The position numbers were made by a program, and so were the translations under genes. The notes under the pieces are model-generated. The model was not told where the DNA came from. It did not search any database and saw nothing but the letters and a program-made list of their open reading frames with translations. Shown in pieces: positions 18,331-27,366 of a DNA stretch of 30,041 nucleotides; position 1 is the stretch's first letter, and the number at the start of each line of letters is the position of its first letter. Source of the DNA: Candidatus Thorarchaeota archaeon (lineage in GTDB: Archaea > Asgardarchaeota > Thorarchaeia > Thorarchaeales > Thorarchaeaceae). The stretch covers positions 1 to 30,041 of the forward strand of contig PRDH01000006.1 of NCBI GenBank assembly GCA_003345545.1, given 5' to 3'.

Positions 18331-18890
18331 AAGACATCCTGAGCTGCTGATTCTCCCGCCTGTCCTTGGTCTTCAAAGATCTTCTTCATCTTGAATTTCA
18401 GTTGTGCCTTCAACTTCACCCTATCGCTGTCCAGACCAAAGTAGTCGGCGAAGAGAGGAGTTGTTGTCAGGAGTCTGGATCTCCCTTCAGGTGCGGACTC
18501 GACGAATTTCTTCTCAATCAGCTCTTTCACATGGTCATAACAATGGGTCCCTCTCTGTGTTACAAGGTCTGACTGCATTATGGGTTGCTTTAGGGCTATG
18601 AAGACAAGTGTCTGCAGTGTTGCGAACGAGAGAAGTCCCCCGGGTATCAGTCTGCCTACCCTGGGAGTCAGTTCTGGCTTCAGCTGCATTACGTAGCGAT
18701 CTCGAGGAAGAGATACCACCTCAAGCGCTCCCTCTCTCTGGCTATACTCGAATCCAAGGTTGTCTAGTATCTTCTGTGTTGTCGATTGTGACTTACCGAT
18801 GAGATTGGATAACTCCTCAAGTGTCAGTGCCCTGCCGCTGACATAGAGCGCCGCTTCAAGTGTGACCATGTCTTCGTCCACGTTCATCAC
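18327..18890 (-). CDS. scpB: SMC-Scp complex subunit ScpB
   Basis: LEAALYVSG, TLVFIALKQPI, RG...HVKEL, TTPLFADYFGL; directly downstream of scpA. Confidence 0.95.
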   Translation of the reverse strand: MMNVDEDMVTLEAALYVSGRALTLEELSNLIGKSQSTTQKILDNLGFEYSQREGALEVVSLPRDRYVMQLKPELTPRVGRLIPGGLLSFATLQTLVFIALKQPIMQSDLVTQRGTHCYDHVKELIEKKFVESAPEGRSRLLTTTPLFADYFGLDSDRVKLKAQLKFKMKKIFEDQGQAGESAAQDVF

Positions 18891-19596
18891 CCTGCCGTCT
18901 TATCTCGGGCTTTTCCGCTTCCTCTTTGATTTCGGGAGGTTCGCGCATCTTCAACATGATTATGTCATCCTCATCCATCCAGATATCAATGAAACTTCTA
19001 GCATACAGAAACAACAGGGAAAAGAACACTCGAACAATCTCTTTGCGAGTGTGATTCATGAGAATATCGGTGAACTTGACGATTTCGCCTATCTTCACGA
19101 TTCTCTGGAGGTCCTCGTAGACTTCCGCAATCGTTTCTTCAATGTTTGCTTGGTCTGAATCCATTGAGAAGGTCAGTGGGTCTGCGCTACCGCGATACTT
19201 CTGTTTGGTGGGGGCCATCCGTTCTCTTGTTCCCTTGCTCAGGACAAGATCCATGGCAACGAGTAGTTCTTCGAGTGTGACACGTCTATTAGTGAGTCTG
19301 AAGGGCGGTCTGATGAGTGGAATCTCAAGCTCTCCATCATCGCCTTCTTCGCTGGGTGGAAGAACACCAAGCTGCACAAGCTCTCGTGTTTTTCGCATGA
19401 AGATGACGGAGGCTGAGTAGAGCGCATTTCCTGAAATGCGAAAATCAATATCACCTAATCGTTTCATCTCAGTGAGGAATCCAACAACCAGTTTTCCGAC
19501 ATCGACATTCCATGGTTCTACCTTGTCCAGCTGAAGGACATCAGTGAGGAGGATGTAGGGGGGTGTTGCCCAGAATGGAGCATCATCATCCATCAT
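18856..19596 (-). CDS. scpA: Kleisin ScpA
   Basis: EPWNVDV N-terminal motif, RRVTLEELL, C-terminal VRVFFSLLFL winged helix; overlaps the smc stop. Confidence 0.92.
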   Translation of the reverse strand: MMDDDAPFWATPPYILLTDVLQLDKVEPWNVDVGKLVVGFLTEMKRLGDIDFRISGNALYSASVIFMRKTRELVQLGVLPPSEEGDDGELEIPLIRPPFRLTNRRVTLEELLVAMDLVLSKGTRERMAPTKQKYRGSADPLTFSMDSDQANIEETIAEVYEDLQRIVKIGEIVKFTDILMNHTRKEIVRVFFSLLFLYARSFIDIWMDEDDIIMLKMREPPEIKEEAEKPEIRRQGDERGRRHGHT

Positions 19597-22500
19597 GTTC
19601 CAGCTCCGACCTCCTCCAGATCAACTGATACTATCCTTGATATTCCATCCTGATTGGCCACACCAACAAGAAGATCCGCCTTTCGAACGGTCGTGTCCCT
19701 GAGGGATACCACAATGAACTGCGATGATCTCGCCATCTCCGAAATAAGCTGAGCGACATTGTGAGCATTCACATTGTCCAGTGCTGCATCAATCTCATCG
19801 AACACGTAGAAGGTCGAGGGATTGTACATCTGAATTGCAAAGATTAACGCAAGCCCGGTGAGGGTCTTCTCACCACCGCTCATTGCATCAAGTGTCACAA
19901 GTTCCTTGCCAAGTGGTTTTGACCTTACAGTGATGCCGCCCATCAGTGGATATTCGGGGTTCTCAAGCATGAGACTCCCTTCACCACCTGGAGAGAGTTT
20001 TGCGAAGACCTTTGCAAAGTTGTCTGCAATATCATTGTAGACCGTGAGGAATTTCTGAGTCTTTTCTGCTTCCAGTTCCTCCATGAATGCAAGAATCTCT
20101 TTTCGTTCTTCCTCCAATTTGGTCTTCTTGTCTACAATCTCATCATATTTTTCCCGTTCAAGATCGTAGTCTGTGAGTGATTTCAGATTGACAGGCCCCA
20201 TCGCCTCGAGTTCTCTCTCTATCTCTTTGATTTTCTCCTCGAGTTCTTCCAACTCCCGATACGTAGGTTCCCTTGCATCCTTTCTCTCTTCGAGTGCCTC
20301 GTCAACTGCGATGTGGGTCTCCAAGTCTGCAACAAATCCAACAATATCTGTTTCCAGACGATTCTGTTCCGTCTGCAACCTGTACACTGCCTTCTCATTT
20401 GAGGTCTGAGCCTCTCGAATCTCCTCGTGGCGTAGTCTGTGATTCCTAACAGTTTCTTTTAGCTCAAGCTGCTGTACTCTCTTGTCCTTCACTGCCTCAT
20501 CGATTTGTTCTCGTTTCTCCTTCAGCTTGAGGAACTCGTTCTCTCTCTCTTCCAGTCCTAGTTCATGCCTCTTGACCTCTTCTTCAAGGCCTGGAAGTAT
20601 TGAGTCATGTGCCTGAATCTTCGACTCTATCTCAATTGCCTTCGGACCGAGCCGCTCATCGAGAGCAACTCTCAAGGATGTAATCTCGCTCTGGAGCTTC
20701 TCCCGTTGTTTCTGATATTGTTCTTGGACTTGCTTCAGGTCCCTGATGTCTTGATAGGTCTTTGCAGAATCAGACTTTGTGAGGTCTTCGTTGCACTGAT
20801 CACGCTGTGCCATGACTCTCTCGCGTTGAACCGTGAGTTCCTCATCACGTTCCTGAAGGCTCTTGATTTGGATTTCAAGCTCTTCTATTGTCACGCTGGC
20901 TTTCTTGATTCTCTCCTGTAGTGCCTTTGATCTGTTCTCTTGTTCACTCATTCGGTCTTGGAGCTTTTCCAGTTCCAGCCTTGCACGATAGTTCGACTTA
21001 GATAGTTCTTGGAGTTCTCTCTCCAGAGCTCTTTTCTCATCTCGTAGGGTGCTCTGCTTACTTCTCAATTCAGCGAGAATATCTTCAAGTCCCTGAAGCC
21101 GTTTTGCTATCTCTGGGCTAGTGTCTTCTACCTGGAGCGAGAGACCTCCACCACCACCTTTCTGGTAGTATCCCCCTGTCATTAGGCCTGACCGCTCTAT
21201 GAGGTCTCCCTCGAGTGAAACTGCGCGCTGACCTCGGAAACCAAGGCGCTTAGCAGTGTCGAATCCCTTTGTCACTATGGTGTCAGAGAATACGAATTCA
21301 AAGGCTGGTCGCATCTTTGGCTCAAATTTGACAAGGTTCAGTGCGAAATCTATGACTCCATCATCACTCGGTAGTTTCTTCGGAGGTTGGGTCTTTATCT
21401 TATCAAGTGGAATAAACGACGCTCGCCCCACTCTATCACGTTTCAAGATCTCTACGCATGCCGTTGCTGTATCCTCGTTCTCGACGACGATATACGATAG
21501 TCTGTTGCCTCCAGCTATCTCCATTGCGACCGCATAGTCCGGGTCTATTGTACCCAACTCAGCAACAGTGCCATGGATTCCACTAATCTCCCCACTATCC
21601 CTCAGCTCCAACACCTTGGCAATTGCCCTTTGCTTCTTCAAGAACGCGTCCTCTGCCTCCTTGAGAGCGTCTTGGCGAGCCTGAACTTTGATCAGTTCTT
21701 CTCTTGTTGACGCCACGATACGTGCGCTCTCATCCGCCTCCGCGTCAACGGTTGTAAGGTGGCCGGTGACCTCCTCATACTTCTTCTTCTTGGACTCCTC
21801 CAGCGCTTCGTCTCTCTCTAGCACTTGTCGTCTCTCAGGAATGACTTGTTTCAACTCCTTGAGGTCTTGCTCTGCCTTCTCAAGACCATCAGTGGAGTCT
21901 CTAGACTCCTCGTAGGCAAGTCCAAGTTCCCTGTTATCCGATTTTATCGATGAGCGTATCTCTGAAACCCCCTCATCTAGGGCTCGAAGCTGAGTACTCA
22001 GATCCTGCAAGCGGAGAGTTGTTTCGTAATAGGCCGTCTGTTCCTTCTCAGATATCTCCTCAAGGCGTATGACTTGAGCTGCTGTGCTCGATATCTCCTT
22101 CTCGAGCTTGTCGAATTGCACTATCTTCCCTTTCATGAGGTGTTCATTACTGCTCATCTCACTCTGGACAGACTCTAACTCCTTGAGCAGACCGGTCTTC
22201 TCACTACTGGCTCTATCGTACTCTGCCTGTGCACGCTCAAGATTGGAGCGAACATGGCTCACTGCAGCAGAAACTATACCATATTGCTCAGATATCTTAG
22301 CAGAGTCTCCTCCCGTTATCTGATCTATCTCATGGTCGATTGTATCTATCTCTGTGTCCGTCGCAGTGATTCCCGTTTCGACTTCGACAAGCTCCTTTGC
22401 AAGATTGCTTGCCTCCTCTGCTCTCTGAGTGAGAGTTTCCTTAATGGCATCTATTCTGAGTCTGCCCTTGATTATGCTCCACGCAAGTATGTCGATTCTG

Positions 22501-23186
22501 TGTTTCTGTATCTGGGCACTCAGTCCCTTGTGGCGGAGGGCATCCGACCGTTCCTCTTCCAGTTTCTCAAGTTGGCGCCGACGTTCTTGTAGCTGAGCAT
22601 CAACCTTTCCCAAATTACTCTCGCTCTCTGCCAGTTTCTTGAGAGCTCGCTCCTTTTGTTCATCATATGCGGAGATGCCCGCAATCTCCTCAATCATCTT
22701 CCGTCGCTCAGCGGGGCTCACCTTTACCATCTGAGCGATTTCGCCCTGAAGCACAAGATTGTACCCGTTTGGATCAACCCCAACGGCGCCAAGCACATCG
22801 ATGACAGCGCCTCTGGTTACTGTCTTGTTGTTGATACGACAGACAGACTTGCCCGTATCATCCAGTTCTCTCTCAATGACCACTCTGTCGGCATCAATCT
22901 GCAGTTTTCTGTCAGTATTATCGAAATGCAGCTCAACTATTGCAGACTTTGCCTTCGGTGGCATGTTTGGCTTTGGTGGCGAGTAGAGCAGATCCGAGAA
23001 GACTGTCGCACGCAGGGTCTTAGCACTTAGTTGCCCTAGGACGAAGAGAATGGCATCTACCACATTTGACTTGCCTGAGCCGTTTGGACCAACGATGCAC
23101 GTGAAGCCAGGATTGAATTTGATGGTGACAGAGTCTCGGCCAAATGATTTGAAGCCCTTGCATACTAGCTTCTCGATGTGTACCAA
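19593..23186 (-). CDS. smc: Chromosome segregation protein SMC
   Basis: GFKSF, Walker A GPNGSGKSN, hinge (GIHGTVAELG, GRASFIPL, GLMTGG), signature MSGGEK, Walker B FYVFDEIDAALD. Start probably TTG 23186; the ORF extends to 23207. Confidence 0.97.
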   Translation of the reverse strand: MVHIEKLVCKGFKSFGRDSVTIKFNPGFTCIVGPNGSGKSNVVDAILFVLGQLSAKTLRATVFSDLLYSPPKPNMPPKAKSAIVELHFDNTDRKLQIDADRVVIERELDDTGKSVCRINNKTVTRGAVIDVLGAVGVDPNGYNLVLQGEIAQMVKVSPAERRKMIEEIAGISAYDEQKERALKKLAESESNLGKVDAQLQERRRQLEKLEEERSDALRHKGLSAQIQKHRIDILAWSIIKGRLRIDAIKETLTQRAEEASNLAKELVEVETGITATDTEIDTIDHEIDQITGGDSAKISEQYGIVSAAVSHVRSNLERAQAEYDRASSEKTGLLKELESVQSEMSSNEHLMKGKIVQFDKLEKEISSTAAQVIRLEEISEKEQTAYYETTLRLQDLSTQLRALDEGVSEIRSSIKSDNRELGLAYEESRDSTDGLEKAEQDLKELKQVIPERRQVLERDEALEESKKKKYEEVTGHLTTVDAEADESARIVASTREELIKVQARQDALKEAEDAFLKKQRAIAKVLELRDSGEISGIHGTVAELGTIDPDYAVAMEIAGGNRLSYIVVENEDTATACVEILKRDRVGRASFIPLDKIKTQPPKKLPSDDGVIDFALNLVKFEPKMRPAFEFVFSDTIVTKGFDTAKRLGFRGQRAVSLEGDLIERSGLMTGGYYQKGGGGGLSLQVEDTSPEIAKRLQGLEDILAELRSKQSTLRDEKRALERELQELSKSNYRARLELEKLQDRMSEQENRSKALQERIKKASVTIEELEIQIKSLQERDEELTVQRERVMAQRDQCNEDLTKSDSAKTYQDIRDLKQVQEQYQKQREKLQSEITSLRVALDERLGPKAIEIESKIQAHDSILPGLEEEVKRHELGLEERENEFLKLKEKREQIDEAVKDKRVQQLELKETVRNHRLRHEEIREAQTSNEKAVYRLQTEQNRLETDIVGFVADLETHIAVDEALEERKDAREPTYRELEELEEKIKEIERELEAMGPVNLKSLTDYDLEREKYDEIVDKKTKLEEERKEILAFMEELEAEKTQKFLTVYNDIADNFAKVFAKLSPGGEGSLMLENPEYPLMGGITVRSKPLGKELVTLDAMSGGEKTLTGLALIFAIQMYNPSTFYVFDEIDAALDNVNAHNVAQLISEMARSSQFIVVSLRDTTVRKADLLVGVANQDGISRIVSVDLEEVGAGT

Positions 23187-23374
23187 GTCTCGCAACCTTC
23201 CCGGCAAATTCGGTCATTCAGGCGTGTCAGGTTGTGTGTTATTGGGATGTTACACAGTCCTAAATACCGTTGGTATGACCAGAGTAATACCTGAGCTACA
23301 TGTAGATATTGGTCTATACGCCCTGTGTTCAATTCAACAGAGGACAGAAAAGCGTACCTCTAGTGGCCTAAGTC

Positions 23375-23746
23375 TTACTTCTTCCCTAGAATCGAGAGTA
23401 GTGAACGGCGAAGAGCCATCTTGAGTAGTCCCATAGACTCTCGAGCACCTTCTCCAGCTACTGCGGCCATCACAAGCTTCACGTCGCCCAAGATTATAAC
23501 AAGACCATGGTCAGCGGCTATACTCACTTCTCTGAGACCACCCTTGTCGAGCCCAGCGGCCAGCTGAGAGGAATTGGATGCAATCTTCACTGCAAGGTCG
23601 GCGACATCAGAGTGCTTGATGCCCCCTGTGATCGTATGTCCAAAGAGCACCTTTCCCTTTGCATCACAGATGATCATTCCCTGAAGTTCTGCATTACTAG
23701 CCATGGTTTCCGCAACAACTTGTTCAATCTTAGCCTGATCCACCAT
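23375..23746 (-). CDS. Roadblock/LC7 domain protein (1 of 4)
   Basis: Helix, then GMIICDAKGKVL, helix ending LDKGGLREVSI, and MGLLKMALRR C-terminal helix; GGAGG upstream of the ATG. Confidence 0.85.
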   Translation of the reverse strand: MVDQAKIEQVVAETMASNAELQGMIICDAKGKVLFGHTITGGIKHSDVADLAVKIASNSSQLAAGLDKGGLREVSIAADHGLVIILGDVKLVMAAVAGEGARESMGLLKMALRRSLLSILGKK

Positions 23747-23931
23747 CTACGTGTTATCCTCCTTGGAGGTCTCGAATGACTATCTCGGTCTTGAGTGCTG
23801 AAGTCTATATATCTTGTGTGATGGTCATGCACATGGCCGAGTACGCCCATCTTTGATATGAGAGAGTCGTCGATTGACTTAAAACGCCTCGTGCAAAGGG
23901 TGGCCGAGTAATTTTGGAGGCGAATATACCA

Positions 23932-25560
23932 ATGCCTATGTTGCGAACTAGCTCAGAGTCCTTTCCAGCGTCGAAAGATGTTCTGAGTGACATTCCTTAC
24001 GTCTTACGTGTAGAGTTTGGTCACCTCACCCATGAAACGACCAAGATAGTGGGGAAACCTATAGCCTGTCACAAGTGCAACGGTTTCCTACTCAGTGTAG
24101 ATCAGATTCTGGAGAACCCAAAGGTTGGCAAGCATTTCTATTGTCCATTCTGTGGAACTCTGAACGTCATTGAAGGCGAGGTCGTTGTTGCGGGAGATGA
24201 CACAGACTTCGTTGTAGAACCACCACAGATCATGACTGAATCTGACACCGGCGTCGTGTCTGCAGGTGGGAAGTCCTTCCTTGCACTCATTGATGTGTCG
24301 GGTTCCATGAGCGGCGCCAATCTTGCCGCGGTCAAGCGCAGCCTAAACACATCCATTGACAGTCTTGCCTCAAATGCTCCGGAAACGATGTTTGGTCTCA
24401 TCGAGTTCGAGAGTAGCGTCCTTGCTCGAAACCTGGAGACCGGTGAGTCTGTACAGCTACCACAGGCATCCTTTGCTAGTCTTGATGCCATCATCGAGTC
24501 AACCAAGAATCTCCTAGATAAGATTCGACTTGTTAATGTTGGAGAGAACGCCAAGAAGTTGAAGGGGCACATTCAAGCCCTTCGAGACAAGGGCGGGACT
24601 GCCCTTGGTCCTGCAGTTGCAATGGCGTATATCATCGCAAAACACCGTAACGTTGGAAGAGTGGTACTCCTGACTGACGGTCTTGCAAATGAGGGAATTG
24701 GTGCACTCGAGGGCTATCAGGTCACTCCCGCAAACAAGTATTACCAAGATTTGGGGAAGATGTTCCTAGATATTGGAGCCGCAGTCGATGTTGTAGGTAT
24801 TGCGTCGGGCGCAGGCATGGAGCTGAAGACACTAGGTTTCCTTCCTGAAGCCACAGGAGGCCAGATGTACTACGTCACTCCTAACGAGCTCGACCGAAGC
24901 ATCTCTGAACTTGCTGGTGCCACGATGCTGGGCCGTGATGTTGAGGTGCGCCTTGTGACTCCGCCCGGCATCTCAATCAAGGATGTTTCAGGTGTGTCAA
25001 GGGCGGTGGTCGACACCCTGAAAGAAAAGAGTGAGAGTAAGATTGGGGTGGTGGGCAAAAACCATGAGCTCTACTTCGAGGTAGAACCCAACACGAAGAT
25101 CAAAGAACCTGAAGTACCAATTCAAGTCCAAGTGACATACACTGATGGAGAAGGTGCTCGAAGAGTACGCGCACTCACGGCCAAACTTAAGGTTTCAAAG
25201 AAAGAATCCGAGATTATGGCGACCCTCGACCCAACTGTCGGAGCCACTTTTGTGACCCAAAAGGCAGGTGAGGAGTCCTTCAGTGGTCAGCGTGAGAAGG
25301 GTCGGGAACGAATCGCATCCTTCAGGTCTGCGATGAAGCGAAAAGCAGGGGCGGCTCCCAAATCCGTTCAGGTAATGCTTCAGAAGGCTGACGATGCATT
25401 GAATACTGAAGACAAGGAGATTCAGCGCCAAGAGGAGATGCTAAAGGCTTATCCTGCAGCTGCTCCCTCAGGCGTGGCTGATGAGGCCTTTACTGAGAAC
25501 CTCGCTCAGATGAAACGGAGTTCAAAAGCACTCTTCAAGAAAGATGAGGACGAGAAATGA
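23932..25560 (+). CDS. Sec23/Sec24-like protein: Zn finger, vWA trunk, beta-sandwich and helical tail
   Basis: PIACHKCNGFL...FYCPFCGTLN Zn finger, FLALIDVSGSM, GGTALGPAV, RVVLLTDGLANEGIG, ATGGQ, beta-rich IQVQVTYTD..GARRVRALT. Start ATG 23932 with GGAGG at 23916; the ORF extends to 23914. Confidence 0.78.
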   Translation: MPMLRTSSESFPASKDVLSDIPYVLRVEFGHLTHETTKIVGKPIACHKCNGFLLSVDQILENPKVGKHFYCPFCGTLNVIEGEVVVAGDDTDFVVEPPQIMTESDTGVVSAGGKSFLALIDVSGSMSGANLAAVKRSLNTSIDSLASNAPETMFGLIEFESSVLARNLETGESVQLPQASFASLDAIIESTKNLLDKIRLVNVGENAKKLKGHIQALRDKGGTALGPAVAMAYIIAKHRNVGRVVLLTDGLANEGIGALEGYQVTPANKYYQDLGKMFLDIGAAVDVVGIASGAGMELKTLGFLPEATGGQMYYVTPNELDRSISELAGATMLGRDVEVRLVTPPGISIKDVSGVSRAVVDTLKEKSESKIGVVGKNHELYFEVEPNTKIKEPEVPIQVQVTYTDGEGARRVRALTAKLKVSKKESEIMATLDPTVGATFVTQKAGEESFSGQREKGRERIASFRSAMKRKAGAAPKSVQVMLQKADDALNTEDKEIQRQEEMLKAYPAAAPSGVADEAFTENLAQMKRSSKALFKKDEDEK

Positions 25561-25588
25561 TATCCCATTATTGGTCTGTAGACCGAGC

Positions 25589-25630
25589 AGCCGTGCTCAA
25601 GTCAGGCACGGCTCTCTTCTCTTCCTTTGT
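25589..25630 (+). terminator. Hairpin plus pyrimidine tract, putative terminator
   Basis: AGCCGTGCT (25589-25597) pairs with GGCACGGCT (25605-25613), followed by CTCTTCTCTTCCTTT. Confidence 0.45.
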
Positions 25631-25763
25631 AACACACCGTTGTATATGTTCAAAATGCGCATTTTTGTACGTTGCACGGCAACACATCTCCACAAGTCTA
25701 AAATAGTCAACTGCGGCGTAGTTGTTGTTAGTGCACAGCTGAAAGTAGCGAGGATTCCGTGCG

Positions 25764-26063
25764 GTGATCACACAAGAAAAACTCCAGTCCATCCTGTCAA
25801 GGCTCAAGGCACAGGACGGCGTTCGTGGAGTCGTGGTGACCACCATGGAGGGTCTTCCACTGAGCAGTGATTTGGACCCTGAAACAACGGAGAGCGTCGC
25901 TGCAATCATAACCTCTCTCGTGGGTAAAGCCCTCGACGCAGTGAGGGAGCTTCGGGAGGGTTCGCTGTCATTCCTGACCCTGGACACCCACAAGGGTCAG
26001 ATCAACATCGCACCGGATGTGAAAGAGGGCCTAATACTAGTCGTCCTCAAGAACAATGATTGA
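25764..26063 (+). CDS. Roadblock/LC7 protein, dynein light chain roadblock (DYNLRB)-like (2 of 4)
   Basis: 99 aa with no C-terminal helix; LSRLKAQDGVRGVVV..EGLP, TT...A, KA...VR, LSFL, IAPD; GTG start. Confidence 0.88.
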   Translation: MITQEKLQSILSRLKAQDGVRGVVVTTMEGLPLSSDLDPETTESVAAIITSLVGKALDAVRELREGSLSFLTLDTHKGQINIAPDVKEGLILVVLKNND

Positions 26064-26078
26064 ATGGAGTGTACTGGA

Positions 26079-26543
26079 ATGAGTGATCCAAAAGCCTTCG
26101 ATAAGATACTGACCGAGATCATCCGTCAAGACAAAGGCATCAAGAAGGTCATCCTTGTAGACAAGACAGGACTCACAATTGCCAATGTATCCAAGTTGTC
26201 CTATTACCCCGTGGACGTGGACAGCATCGGAGCCATTGCCAGTGCGGTCTTCTGTGCAAGTGAGGAGCAGGGCAAGAACCTGCAGATTGGGGAGCTTGAA
26301 ATAGTCACGTCTGAATTTTCAGAGGGCAAGATCTTCGCCTCGGCCTGTGGGAAAGGTGTACTCTGTGTTGTATCGGAGGCAGAGGTCAACATTGGTCTGA
26401 TTCGTCTTGTCATGAAGAAACAGGGCGTGCAGCTTGCCGATGAGCTCGCCAAGTTCCTGGCGGTAGAGCCATTGTCTCCCAAGGATGCCGAGCTTGACGA
26501 GGAAGACCTCAAGTCAGCCTTGGCAGAACTTGAACGTGTGTAA
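26079..26543 (+). CDS. Roadblock/LC7 (MglB-like) protein with acidic C-terminal helix (3 of 4)
   Basis: VILVDKTGLTIA, IGAIASAVF, LQIGELE, VNIGLIRL, tail ELDEEDLKSALAELERV. The ORF extends to 26064. Confidence 0.88.
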   Translation: MSDPKAFDKILTEIIRQDKGIKKVILVDKTGLTIANVSKLSYYPVDVDSIGAIASAVFCASEEQGKNLQIGELEIVTSEFSEGKIFASACGKGVLCVVSEAEVNIGLIRLVMKKQGVQLADELAKFLAVEPLSPKDAELDEEDLKSALAELERV

Positions 26544-26776
26544 GTTTCGAAGTAATACACACAATTTAACAGGAATCATAGCTTCCGCTATTCAGTTCAT
26601 ATTACCATGCACTGTCAGTTGTGTTGAGGCTGCCTCCATGAAGCCCTGTTATGCCACAAAGGCTTTTATTAGGCTAGATTTTTAACTCAACAAACCTCCC
26701 TGAACATGGGCCTCAGTTCGGATGAGAACCCAAGGTCTGTCTGGAAACATGTCCGGGCTAGCAGTGAAAGAATGAG

Positions 26777-27349
26777 GTGTTAGCAATTCGCAAGGATGAC
26801 AAGGGCCGAATCCATCTGAAACTGGTATTCTATGGCCCTTCGCTTGGTGGTAAGACAACCGCACTTCGTTGGCTCTACGGAAAAGTGGAGGGTCTCCAGA
26901 AGGGCGAATTCACTGCGATTGAGGACGAGACAAACAGAACCCTGTTCTTTGACTATGTTCCGATGTCAGCTGGAGGCCGTGTCCTCTTTGATGTGTTCAC
27001 CGTGGCCGGACAGAAGCGGCACCGCCATCAGAGAAAGGTTGTCCTACAGGGCACCGATGGAATTCTCTTTGTCGCTGACTCATCCCCCGATCAACGTGAT
27101 GAAAACACCGAGAGTTTTGAAGAGTTGAAGCTGTTCCTAGGAGATGCTCTAGGGCGTGAGATTCCCATAGTGGTTATGCTCAACAAGAGAGACTTGCCCA
27201 ACAGAATGTCTCGCGACGAGATGCTTGACCTACTCGGCCTTGGAGGCAATGTCCCCATCTATGAAACCATTGCAGTCCAAGGTGTAGGAGTTAAAAGGGC
27301 GTTCCAAGCAATAGCGCGAGAGGTCATACTCAAAAGAATGTACAAGTGA
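26777..27349 (+). CDS. MglA-like small GTPase
   Basis: KLVFYGPSLGGKTT (G1), RTLFFDY (MglA switch I), FTVAGQ (G3 lacking the canonical Asp, as in MglA TVPGQ), RKVVLQGTDGILFVADS, NKRDL (G4), ETIA (G5). Confidence 0.92.
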   Translation: MLAIRKDDKGRIHLKLVFYGPSLGGKTTALRWLYGKVEGLQKGEFTAIEDETNRTLFFDYVPMSAGGRVLFDVFTVAGQKRHRHQRKVVLQGTDGILFVADSSPDQRDENTESFEELKLFLGDALGREIPIVVMLNKRDLPNRMSRDEMLDLLGLGGNVPIYETIAVQGVGVKRAFQAIAREVILKRMYK

Positions 27350-27366
27350 ATTACAGGTGAAACAAG

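Noticed and set aside
19593-23207. SMC as a Wadjet/MksBEF or Rad50-type defence or repair system
   Set aside because: It has a canonical hinge and ScpA/ScpB partners, with no JetD/Toprim nuclease, Mre11 or zinc hook; this is ordinary SMC-ScpAB.
19858-23424. Numerous short plus-strand ORFs within smc
   Set aside because: These are antisense shadows of a long coiled-coil gene; the same applies to shadow ORFs over the other assigned genes.
25544-25993. ORFs 25544-25870 (+) and 25568-25993 (-) spanning the gap after the vWA gene
   Set aside because: They overlap the well-supported roadblock gene and a terminator-like hairpin, and their composition is not protein-like.
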